A stretch of DNA of 41,653 nucleotides from the IMG/VR virus record IMGVR_UViG_3300048578_000191, positions 1 to 41,653 of that record, one strand, 5' to 3'. The notes under the pieces are model-generated. The model ran no database searches, was not told the origin of the DNA, and worked only from the letters and a program-made list of their open reading frames with translations. This document shows positions 1 through 7,597 of the stretch, piece after piece; within the stretch, counting starts at the first letter, position 1, and the number at the start of each line of letters is the position of its first letter. The DNA is from a virus (lineage: Duplodnaviria > Caudoviricetes). The position numbers were made by a program, and so were the translations under genes.

Positions 1-54
1 TGCGACGCGTTCGGCCATACCAATCGGGGCGGCGGGGCGTAGCCCCCGCCGTCC
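1..54. repeat. Terminal direct repeat, copy 1 (circularisation overlap)
   Basis: Matches 41600-41653 at 52 of 54 positions. Confidence 0.9.
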
Positions 55-130
55 GGGAGGAGAGAGAAAGACCGGGATCAAGCCGGGGGCGGCGTCTCTG
101 GCCGCCGCCCCCGGACGCCAAGAACAGCAG

Positions 131-448
131 TCAGGCCAGGACGTCCAGGCGGGAGCCGCGCGGGACCAGGTTGGTGTTGAACTCGCCGCCGGGCCCGAGG
201 GTGACCAGCGGCCGGACCCGGCCGGAGCCCGCGGGCGGAAGGCGTTCCGGTTCCTGGCGGGCTCGCCCGATGCGGGCCAACCGCCGCGTGAGCCCGAGCG
301 TGCGGGCCCGCAGGTAGGTGGCGGTCCACGCGGCCCGGCGCACCCGCGGGTCGGGCGAGTTGCGGCACGCGGCCTCGATGCGTCCGAGGCGCAGACTGAC
401 CAGTGCAAGATCCGAGTCGATCGACGACTCGCCATCGAGGCGGCTCAT
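131..448 (-). CDS. Hypothetical protein
   Basis: ATGA-coupled to the upstream gene at 445-448; same operon direction. Confidence 0.55.
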   Translation of the reverse strand: MSRLDGESSIDSDLALVSLRLGRIEAACRNSPDPRVRRAAWTATYLRARTLGLTRRLARIGRARQEPERLPPAGSGRVRPLVTLGPGGEFNTNLVPRGSRLDVLA

Positions 449-1179
449 GGGTTGGGCTCCTGTCCGGAGGCGTTCACGCCGACGCCGGAGACGGCGTCCC
501 GAAGGTGGGTGTACTTGGCAATCGCCTGGGAGATGATCTCGCTGCGTTCTTCGCCGGCCGCAAAGTTGAGTGGCATCACGACGGCGACTCCGTCGGAGGC
601 GACGATGACCGCCGGCTTTGTGTTCCCGCGATGCAGGAAGATGACAGTCCCGCCCGCGTAGTTGGGATCGCCCGAGATTGCGGAGAACGCGGCACCGAAC
701 AGGGTCAGGTTGACCGAGACCGGCACGTACTCGTCCGGATTGGAGATGACCTCAGGGGGCGGCATCACCCTGCCGACCGGCGGCACGGGTGGATCGGCCT
801 GATCAAGTTCGATGACGGGATAGCGAGCAACCCCGCCGTCGCGCTTGCGAACCCAGGTGCCCTCCTTGGACAGGTGAAGCACGCGCTGATCATCATCGTC
901 CTTGAACTTCGGCCAGGCGTGGCGGTGAACCACGTGAGCGGGCACGTCCTGGGACCACGGATGTTCCGGGGTGCGGATCGTTGAGATCGTGAGCGCCCTT
1001 GCGTCAGTCGCCACGCAGAGCGTCACCTCCGCATCGGCCGGATCCGGCATGACCAGAACGCCATCGACGATGTACTTGGCCATGCCCCGGCCGCAGCACG
1101 CGGGCACGTCGATGTGCGGCACCCGCACCGCGACCGATGGCGAGGTGCAGCACTCGGGAGCGGAGAGATCAAGCTTCAT
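445..1179 (-). CDS. Truncated DNA polymerase III beta-clamp-like protein
   Basis: Ordered DnaN-like motifs: KYIVDGV (cf. RYYLNG), VATDARAL (cf. VATDGHRL), ARYP (cf. GRFP), VSVNLTLF..AI (cf. IGFN..Y..AL), AVVMPL (cf. YVVMPM); only 244 aa. Confidence 0.55.
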   Translation of the reverse strand: MKLDLSAPECCTSPSVAVRVPHIDVPACCGRGMAKYIVDGVLVMPDPADAEVTLCVATDARALTISTIRTPEHPWSQDVPAHVVHRHAWPKFKDDDDQRVLHLSKEGTWVRKRDGGVARYPVIELDQADPPVPPVGRVMPPPEVISNPDEYVPVSVNLTLFGAAFSAISGDPNYAGGTVIFLHRGNTKPAVIVASDGVAVVMPLNFAAGEERSEIISQAIAKYTHLRDAVSGVGVNASGQEPNP

Positions 1180-1553
1180 GTGCGACCTCCCATCCTGCCG
1201 CGGCGATTGGCCTCGGAGAACTCGACGTTGGCGGGGCTGGGCTGACTCGGTGTCGGCGGCGTTGGGCTGCCCGCCGCGATCGCCTCGGCGGGCTGCGGGA
1301 GAGCCGACTCACGCCCAAGCCGGTAGATGTTGGCGGCCTCGTGCGCTCGCACCTTCACAGAGATCCACGCGTCTCGCCCGCCGCCGCACGAGCAATCCAG
1401 GCCAGGCCCCTTCACGCGGAACATGGTGCCAAGCGGACCGCCGGCGAGCCTGCTCACCACGTACGGAGCGATGCGGGCGTTGAGGGTCTGGATGTCGGCG
1501 TCGGTGCCGGACTCACGCAGTGACAACGGCTTCTTCGGGGCGCGGGTGCTCAA
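1176..1553 (-). CDS. Hypothetical protein
   Basis: TTG start overlaps the ligase stop (TTGA); stop is coupled to the next ATG. Confidence 0.5.
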   Translation of the reverse strand: MSTRAPKKPLSLRESGTDADIQTLNARIAPYVVSRLAGGPLGTMFRVKGPGLDCSCGGGRDAWISVKVRAHEAANIYRLGRESALPQPAEAIAAGSPTPPTPSQPSPANVEFSEANRRGRMGGRT

Positions 1554-2452
1554 GAGACACCTCCCGCGACCAGCTCGCGTCCGTCGCACTGCGTCGGGCT
1601 CTTGTCGTCGCGCCATCGGAGCAATCGCGGGTTCCGCAGCCGCCCGTGCTTGGTCGGGCCATCGTGGGCGATCTCGACGACGCGGCCAACCAGCGTGTCG
1701 CGGTCCTGGGAGCGGTCGGCGGGCGTGAGGCCCGCGGAGACCTTGCAGAGCTCATCGCGCCCGAACGGCGCGCATCGCAGCGCCGCGACCATTCCGCTAA
1801 ACGATCGTGACGCGCTGGTGGTGACCCCGATGACGACCAGGTCGCAGGTGCGGACGGGCTTGATCTTGTACCAGCCCGTGTGATAGTCGGTCTTGGCCAC
1901 GTACCCCTCGAGCTTGTGGAGCGCAGCCTCGCGGCGCAGGCTGTCGAGGTACTCCTCCGAGAGGGGGCGCGTGGGAAGATTCGAGTGCGGGTGGGCCCGC
2001 TCGGTGACGACCACCGGCCATCCGCGCTCGCGGAGTGTGGCGGCGGCCTCGACCGGGTTGCGGCCCCGCAGGTCGACGCCTCCCAGGACCATCAGGCAGA
2101 AGGGGGAGAGCTGCAGGCGTGCATCGCCGGCCAGCAGCATCGGCAGGACGTCGGTCGCCGGCGCCCCTGGGGCGTGCATCTCGCAGTCCATCAGCGTGAG
2201 CCGGGGCAGATCCCGCAGTCGCGGTCCGATGGTGGGGAGCGTCAGCAGTGCCTCGGCGTAGTCCTCGGCTCCGGTCTTGGAGAGGCAGTTGACGTGCCCG
2301 GCGTCATTGATCCGCACGCGGACGCGGTACCCGTCGAGCTTGGGCTGGATCCACCGCACCGGCTGCCCGCGGTACTCGTCGACCACCACGGGCGGGATGT
2401 CCAGAATCGAGTTGGCGTCAACTACGCCGCCGTCTGTCTTTGCGACCGTCAT
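1550..2452 (-). CDS. ATP-dependent DNA ligase (minimal adenylation + OB domains)
   Basis: Motif I QPKLDGYR, III MDCEM, IV EGYVAK, V WYKIKP, VI LRNPRLLRWRDDK. Confidence 0.9.
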   Translation of the reverse strand: MTVAKTDGGVVDANSILDIPPVVVDEYRGQPVRWIQPKLDGYRVRVRINDAGHVNCLSKTGAEDYAEALLTLPTIGPRLRDLPRLTLMDCEMHAPGAPATDVLPMLLAGDARLQLSPFCLMVLGGVDLRGRNPVEAAATLRERGWPVVVTERAHPHSNLPTRPLSEEYLDSLRREAALHKLEGYVAKTDYHTGWYKIKPVRTCDLVVIGVTTSASRSFSGMVAALRCAPFGRDELCKVSAGLTPADRSQDRDTLVGRVVEIAHDGPTKHGRLRNPRLLRWRDDKSPTQCDGRELVAGGVS

Positions 2453-3995
2453 AGCCGCTGCTCCTGCGGAGCATGCGGGCGACGATGTCGAGCAGATCGG
2501 CCAGGTCTTCTAGCCCTTGGTCGTTATGAGCCTCGAAATGCCGATTTCGGGGCTCGTAACGGCCGGGCTCAATCCCCGCACCGTCGCCCGGCTTTGTCGC
2601 CGGACCGCACGCTCCGTCATGACCGACGCCGCCAGCAAGCTCCGCCCTCACCGGATCTCGTTGGCACTTCGACCTGGAGGCAAGGGCAGAGTTTGTAGGC
2701 GGGCCGGTCGTAACGGGATCGGTCGAAGTGCCGGCCACATCTTGGGCACCCCTCGGGCCACTTGTCAAGTCAAGGGGAGAGTTATCCACATTTGCCCGGT
2801 TCTCGGGGTCCTGTGGGGGCCACAGCCGGGGCATGCCGGCCAGGGCCTGAGCCTGGGCTTCAAGCGTCGGGTCAAAGTACCGATCGTCCACGCCGATGAC
2901 GTGACGCATGAGGAAGTTCACCATCTTCGGCTCGACGCCGGCGGCAGGCAGTTGCGTCTCGAAGTACTTGCGGGCGCTGTGAGGAGAGATCGCACGATCC
3001 CGGTAGTCCAGCGCCGCGACGCCGGCTCGATCGCGATCACTCCGAAACGAATGGCTCGAGGGCACGACGGGAAAGATCCTGTCATCGGGTCCGAGCGGCG
3101 GCTCGCCGTTGGCGGCACGCAGCGCCTCGAGCGTGCGGATGTGCGCTCGCAGCAGCCCGGCCAGCTCCTGGGTGATCGCGATGTATCGACGCTTGTGATT
3201 CTTCTGGACCTCGCGGGACCAGGCGATGTGCGGCACCGGGTGCTCGCCGCGCACCCGCACGTCCTTGAGCAGCCACTGCGACGGCTCGTTCAGTCTCGCG
3301 CCCGCGGCAAAGAGACACATCCAGTACAGGGCCCTGTTGCCGCCGGGCCGTGAACTTCTGGCGTCGGTTCGATCGCGCAGCCATGCCGCGAAGATGATCC
3401 GCCTGGCCTCGTCAAGCGTCGCGGCCCGAGCGCCGTCGCCCGAATCGTCCTCCGCACGGATCGACGCCTTCAACGGATCTTCGGCCAGCTCCTGCATCAG
3501 CTCGCAGTACCGCGTGAGCCCGCGGAAGATCTGCATGTTGCGGTTGTACGTGGAGCCCTTCCACTTCAGGTCGAGCCGCCGCCCCTCGAGCCAGCCGGTG
3601 AGGTTGGCCGCGGTGAGGTCCGCGGCGGTGGTCCAGCCGCACTCGCGGATGGCGCGCTCGACCACCTCGCGGTACGCCTGGATGCTCCGCGGCTTCTTCC
3701 CGCGGGCACGCATGTTGTCGAGCCATCGCCCGACCAATTGGTTGAGCGGGGAGTGCGATGAGACAATGCGGCCAGCCACGCCTTCAGGGCGCTGGTTTGC
3801 CGCGGTTGCCCCGGAAGTGCCGGCGGGGACCGCGTTCATGCTGGACATTCCAGCAAAACCACCGGGCCGGGGCAAGCTCAAAGACAGGGATAGGTCGCCC
3901 GACTCGAGTTCCCGGACCTCGATGACGACACGCAGCAACCCCGCAAATGAGGGTGGGCGATCGTCCTCGTGACTGTCCCCGACAAGCCGAAGCAT
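2418..3995 (-). CDS. int: Tyrosine recombinase/integrase with a long low-complexity C-terminal extension; start uncertain
   Basis: SAM-like N-terminal domain (RSIQAYR); catalytic set GAR, KNH, HSARK, MRH, DRY. Confidence 0.88.
   Translation of the reverse strand: MLRLVGDSHEDDRPPSFAGLLRVVIEVRELESGDLSLSLSLPRPGGFAGMSSMNAVPAGTSGATAANQRPEGVAGRIVSSHSPLNQLVGRWLDNMRARGKKPRSIQAYREVVERAIRECGWTTAADLTAANLTGWLEGRRLDLKWKGSTYNRNMQIFRGLTRYCELMQELAEDPLKASIRAEDDSGDGARAATLDEARRIIFAAWLRDRTDARSSRPGGNRALYWMCLFAAGARLNEPSQWLLKDVRVRGEHPVPHIAWSREVQKNHKRRYIAITQELAGLLRAHIRTLEALRAANGEPPLGPDDRIFPVVPSSHSFRSDRDRAGVAALDYRDRAISPHSARKYFETQLPAAGVEPKMVNFLMRHVIGVDDRYFDPTLEAQAQALAGMPRLWPPQDPENRANVDNSPLDLTSGPRGAQDVAGTSTDPVTTGPPTNSALASRSKCQRDPVRAELAGGVGHDGACGPATKPGDGAGIEPGRYEPRNRHFEAHNDQGLEDLADLLDIVARMLRRSSGYDGRKDRRRRS
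2512..2569. repeat. Long inverted repeat (18-bp core stem with 2 G-T pairs); candidate attP or RNA hairpin
   Basis: cgttatgagcctcgaaat-gccg-atttcggggctcgtaacg at 2522-2561; pairing extends outward with a bulge. Confidence 0.6.
2738..2790 (-). promoter_or_regulatory. Candidate sigma70-type promoter inside the integrase ORF, with an adjacent DnaA-box consensus
   Basis: Minus-strand TTGACA-18 bp-CAAGAT; TTATCCACA on + at 2782-2790; locally AT-rich in a GC-rich genome. Confidence 0.45.
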
Positions 3996-4126
3996 GATGC
4001 GCCCGAGTCATCCGGGCACCACGTTCTAATCTCCTGGTTGTTCTCATCCGATGCTCACCACTGAACTTCTTGCCCATCGGGCAACGCCGAAGCAACCTCC
4101 GTCGCCAGTCACCTGATACGACTGCC

Positions 4127-4381
4127 ATGGCACCCGACCGACTTGCCCAGCTCGTGCTCCGCGAGGCCAACGCACAAGGACTGTCGCTCACTCGGCTCGC
4201 TCGTAAGGCGGGGCTCCACACCTCAACCCTGAGCCGCTGGGTAAACGGGCAGCGCTCGATCCGAGTCGATCGGGCCCTCAAGGTCATCGATGTGCTGGGC
4301 CTCGAGCTCGCGGCGCACAGCACCAATGCCAAATCGCAACGGACGTCCCAAAGCCGCAGGACGCGGCACCCGTTCGCCTGA
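4127..4381 (+). CDS. XRE/Cro-CI family helix-turn-helix regulator
   Basis: LSLTRLARKAGLHTSTLSRWVNGQRSI is an HTH_3 pattern; divergent from the integrase. Confidence 0.85.
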   Translation: MAPDRLAQLVLREANAQGLSLTRLARKAGLHTSTLSRWVNGQRSIRVDRALKVIDVLGLELAAHSTNAKSQRTSQSRRTRHPFA

Positions 4382-5741
4382 GTCCGCCACGGCTCACATC
4401 GCAGAGGGGATCCGCCCCCTGGCCAGGCCCATCAAGGACCTGATCCCGGATCCATTCAACCGCCGGCTGCACGACGAGGCCTCGATCGCCAGGCTGAGCA
4501 TCGTGCTCAAGCGGTTCGGCCAACAGACGCCGATCGTCGTCGACGCGGACAAGGTTGTGCGGAAGGGCAACGCCACGCTCGCCGCCGCCAAGCTCCTCGG
4601 ATGGACCCAGCTGGCCCAGGTGACCACGGCGCTGAAAGACGCCGACGTCGTGGACTACTCGATCGCCGACAACCGCGCCGGCGAGTTCTCGCGTTGGGAT
4701 CCGGATCTCCTGCGTCAGCACTTCGCCTCGATGCCCGAGGACGCCATGCAGTCGTGCGGCTTCACGCGTGACGAGCTCAGACTGTTGACCAGGGCCGAAG
4801 AGCCGACCGTCGTCCAGGACCTCGCGCCGGAACCACTGCCCGTTGCCGTCACCCAGCGGGGCGACGTCTGGCAGCTCGGGGCCCACCGGATCATGTGCGG
4901 CGAGTCCACCGTCGCCGGCGACGTCGCCGTCCTGATGGGCAAGCACAAGGCCGCGCTCTGTGCGACAGATCCGCCCTACCTGGTGGACTACACGGGTGAG
5001 CGCGTCGGCGGCACGGGCAAGGACTGGTCCGACAGCTATCGAGAGATCGAGATCACCGACGCCCCGGGCTTCTTCACGGCGCTGTATCGCAACGTCCTGG
5101 CCTACACCGATGACCATGCAGCGCTCTACTGCTGGCACGCTCACAAGCGTGTCGCCGACATCATCGCGGTGTGGCGTCAGCTCGGGATCCTCGATCACCA
5201 GCAGATCATCTGGGTGAAGCCGACCTCCGTCTTCGGCAGCGTCTTCTACCACTTCCGTCATGAGCCATGCCTGATGGGATGGCGGGAGGGGTCCAAGCCG
5301 CGGCACGATGGCGACCATTCGATCAACTCGGTGTGGACCGACGGGCAGGGCGCCGTCGATCTGGCCGGGCTCTCGCGTGAGGACCTGGTCCGTCTGATCA
5401 AGGACCTCTCCGACGTCTGGGAGATCGACTTCGATGGCAAGGCCCGCAACGTTGGCAACGAGCACCCCACCCAGAAGCCGGTCGAGATCTTCGCCAAGCC
5501 GATCCGCAAGCACACCTCTCCGGGCGACCTGGTCCTCGAGCCATTCAGCGGCAGCGGGACACAGATCATCGCGGCCGAGCAGCTCGGGCGGCGCTGCTAC
5601 GCCATGGAGGTTGCGCCGGTCTTCGTCGACGTGGCGGTCCGCCGATGGCAGAAGTTCACCGCGCGGGAAGCCGTCCTCGAGCAGAGCGGCAAGACCTGGG
5701 CCAAGATGGCCAAGGTTCGGAAGGTCGAGGTGCCGGCGTGA
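4326..5741 (+). CDS. ParB-like N-terminal domain fused to an N6-A/N4-C DNA methyltransferase (beta class)
   Basis: FGQQTPIVVD..KGN..ADN ParB domain; TDPPY motif IV, HPTQKP, EPFSGSGT motif I. Confidence 0.92.
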   Translation: MPNRNGRPKAAGRGTRSPESATAHIAEGIRPLARPIKDLIPDPFNRRLHDEASIARLSIVLKRFGQQTPIVVDADKVVRKGNATLAAAKLLGWTQLAQVTTALKDADVVDYSIADNRAGEFSRWDPDLLRQHFASMPEDAMQSCGFTRDELRLLTRAEEPTVVQDLAPEPLPVAVTQRGDVWQLGAHRIMCGESTVAGDVAVLMGKHKAALCATDPPYLVDYTGERVGGTGKDWSDSYREIEITDAPGFFTALYRNVLAYTDDHAALYCWHAHKRVADIIAVWRQLGILDHQQIIWVKPTSVFGSVFYHFRHEPCLMGWREGSKPRHDGDHSINSVWTDGQGAVDLAGLSREDLVRLIKDLSDVWEIDFDGKARNVGNEHPTQKPVEIFAKPIRKHTSPGDLVLEPFSGSGTQIIAAEQLGRRCYAMEVAPVFVDVAVRRWQKFTAREAVLEQSGKTWAKMAKVRKVEVPA

Positions 5742-6088
5742 GCAAGCCACGCGCCCCACTCTTCGACGCACCCGGGCAACCGCTCAAGCCTGAACCGCCC
5801 GTGTACCTGGATCCCGCATCGCGGGCCGCCTGGACGACGCTCTACCCCAAGATCTCCGCCCGGCGCGTGATCCCGGCGGAGCAGGAGCCGATCTTCGCGC
5901 GCTACTGCATGCTCTGGGCCCGCTGGATGGAGCTGGCCAGGCTGCTCCCACAGACGGGCTGGGTGTACCGGATGGGGCCATCGCGCCCCGGCCAGGTCCG
6001 CGTCATCGAGCTCCCGCAATCCCGCGAGATGCGATCGCTCTGCGGGCTGCTCCTCGAGCTGGAGCGGCAACTCGGGATCGCCACCTAA
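5738..6088 (+). CDS. P27-family terminase small subunit-like protein
   Basis: PEPPVYLD..SRAAW, FARYC..WARW and LERQLGI patterns; GTGA-coupled to the methyltransferase. Confidence 0.65.
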   Translation: MSKPRAPLFDAPGQPLKPEPPVYLDPASRAAWTTLYPKISARRVIPAEQEPIFARYCMLWARWMELARLLPQTGWVYRMGPSRPGQVRVIELPQSREMRSLCGLLLELERQLGIAT

Positions 6089-6222
6089 GCCCCCACCGCC
6101 GCGACGCCGCCTCGGACTCGATTGTCCGGGCGGCCGCGGCACGCCCGCGCGTTGTCAACCAAGTTCTGAGCCCCAAAACGCACGCAAAATGCGACCGTGC
6201 CGGTCCTGCAAACCTTTTCGCT

Positions 6223-6618
6223 TCAGGGGAAGGACCCAACCGGGGGGGGCTGGCAGGCCCGCCATCGGCCCTGTGGGCACTCCTCGGATGCTACGGCGGT
6301 CTTCGCCGGGATCAAGCACCCGCACGTCCTGACGTCACCAGCCGCCTCAGGCGGGCTCTCCTCCAGAGCCGGCCCGCAGTACTCCGCGCCCGCGCAGCTC
6401 GTGCGGAACGGACAAACCGCGCATTCACCCCGCCGGATCGCGACGATCTCGTCCGGCGCAACGTCTCCCCGCGACAAAGCAAGCACGTACCGCCCCGCCC
6501 CGCGCGCCGCCAGCCACCAATGCTCGCGTCTGACGCGCCGCTGCGCGACAAGTTGGCCGAGCGTGGCCCCGCCCGCGACAAGCGAGCGAGCGATCTGCAC
6601 CAGTGCGACGTCCGGCAT
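6223..6618 (-). CDS. Small Cys-rich (putative metal-binding) protein
   Basis: C-x2-C...CGC..K......CP.GRW ending; AGGAGG RBS. Confidence 0.7.
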   Translation of the reverse strand: MPDVALVQIARSLVAGGATLGQLVAQRRVRREHWWLAARGAGRYVLALSRGDVAPDEIVAIRRGECAVCPFRTSCAGAEYCGPALEESPPEAAGDVRTCGCLIPAKTAVASEECPQGRWRACQPPPVGSFP

Positions 6619-6730
6619 GGCCGCCTCCTGGCTCGTGCCCGCTGACTCTCGGCTTCTGCGCCCGCGCTTCACGCCCCGCACCCTCGCATGCGCATGCAAC
6701 ATCGCCCGGGCCGAAGCCCGGGCTCGTGCG

Positions 6731-7567
6731 TCAGGCGTACGCGGGAATCAGGTCGGCGTTGCCGACGAGCTCGGGCGCGTTGGTCCACGTCACGGTGATA
6801 CCGCTGGGCGGGCGGATGACGCGGGCGTTGGCCCAGATCTTGTTTGCCGCCCCGCCGATGGTGATGCTCTTCTGCAGCTTGCTGAAGTCGAGCACGCCCC
6901 CGGGCCTCAGGTCGATCGACCCGGCGATATTGCCGCCCGCGTGCTCAAAGCGGCCCTGGATGAGCATGTCCCCGCCGATGGTGCACGCATCGTGCGAGGT
7001 CTGCACGATGGCGGCCGGCTCGATGCTCACGTTCCCGGAGACGGCCCGCTCGAGGAAGACCTTGAGGGTTCCGCAGGCCTGCACCGACACGACGGCCGGC
7101 CCGGTCTTCTTGGCCACCACCACTGCCCCACCGCTCCCCAGAATCGCCGAGACGGTCACCGTGTCGTCGATGACGCTCAGCGTTCCCGAGTCGATGATCG
7201 CCTTGGTGATCGTGCCGGTGCCGCTGTACTCGAGCGTGCCGGGCCCGGTCGGATTGCACAGCACCTTGCTGTGCGTGTCGTAGCCGGCGGCGCCGAAGCT
7301 CAGCCGGATCTTCATCGCCGGGCAGCGGTAGTTGACGACGCCCGCGCCGCTCGAGCATCCGAACTTCAGGGGCGTGGCGTTGGACCCGCTGAACCCGCCG
7401 ATGAAGGCGACGCCGGCGAGGTTCTTGGCGGCGTACGCGTTCTCGTTGGCCGTGAACTGCGTGTTGTGGCGGCTGAAGACCAGAGAGTCGCCATCGGCAA
7501 CGGCGGGCGTGCCGAGTGCGGCCGCCACGTCGGGAGAGTCGATGGTGTTGCTGTACGTCGCGGGCAT
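6731..7567 (-). CDS. Gly-rich beta-solenoid-like protein, putative tail-associated
   Basis: Repeated GTLxV/GNVxI strands; GGAGG RBS; distal end of the tail operon. Confidence 0.6.
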   Translation of the reverse strand: MPATYSNTIDSPDVAAALGTPAVADGDSLVFSRHNTQFTANENAYAAKNLAGVAFIGGFSGSNATPLKFGCSSGAGVVNYRCPAMKIRLSFGAAGYDTHSKVLCNPTGPGTLEYSGTGTITKAIIDSGTLSVIDDTVTVSAILGSGGAVVVAKKTGPAVVSVQACGTLKVFLERAVSGNVSIEPAAIVQTSHDACTIGGDMLIQGRFEHAGGNIAGSIDLRPGGVLDFSKLQKSITIGGAANKIWANARVIRPPSGITVTWTNAPELVGNADLIPAYA

Positions 7568-7597
7568 GGGTGTCCTCCGGGCGGCGCTGCGCCGCCG

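Noticed and set aside
2546-2590. Functional tRNA gene
   Set aside because: No D-arm or acceptor stem, altered T-loop and no CCA; kept only as a possible att relic
4326-5741. Complete restriction-modification system
   Set aside because: No adjacent endonuclease; ParB-MTase fusions are common orphan phage genes
6121-6158. Minus-strand TTGACA promoter antisense to the methyltransferase operon
   Set aside because: No plausible -10 element at 16-18 bp spacing
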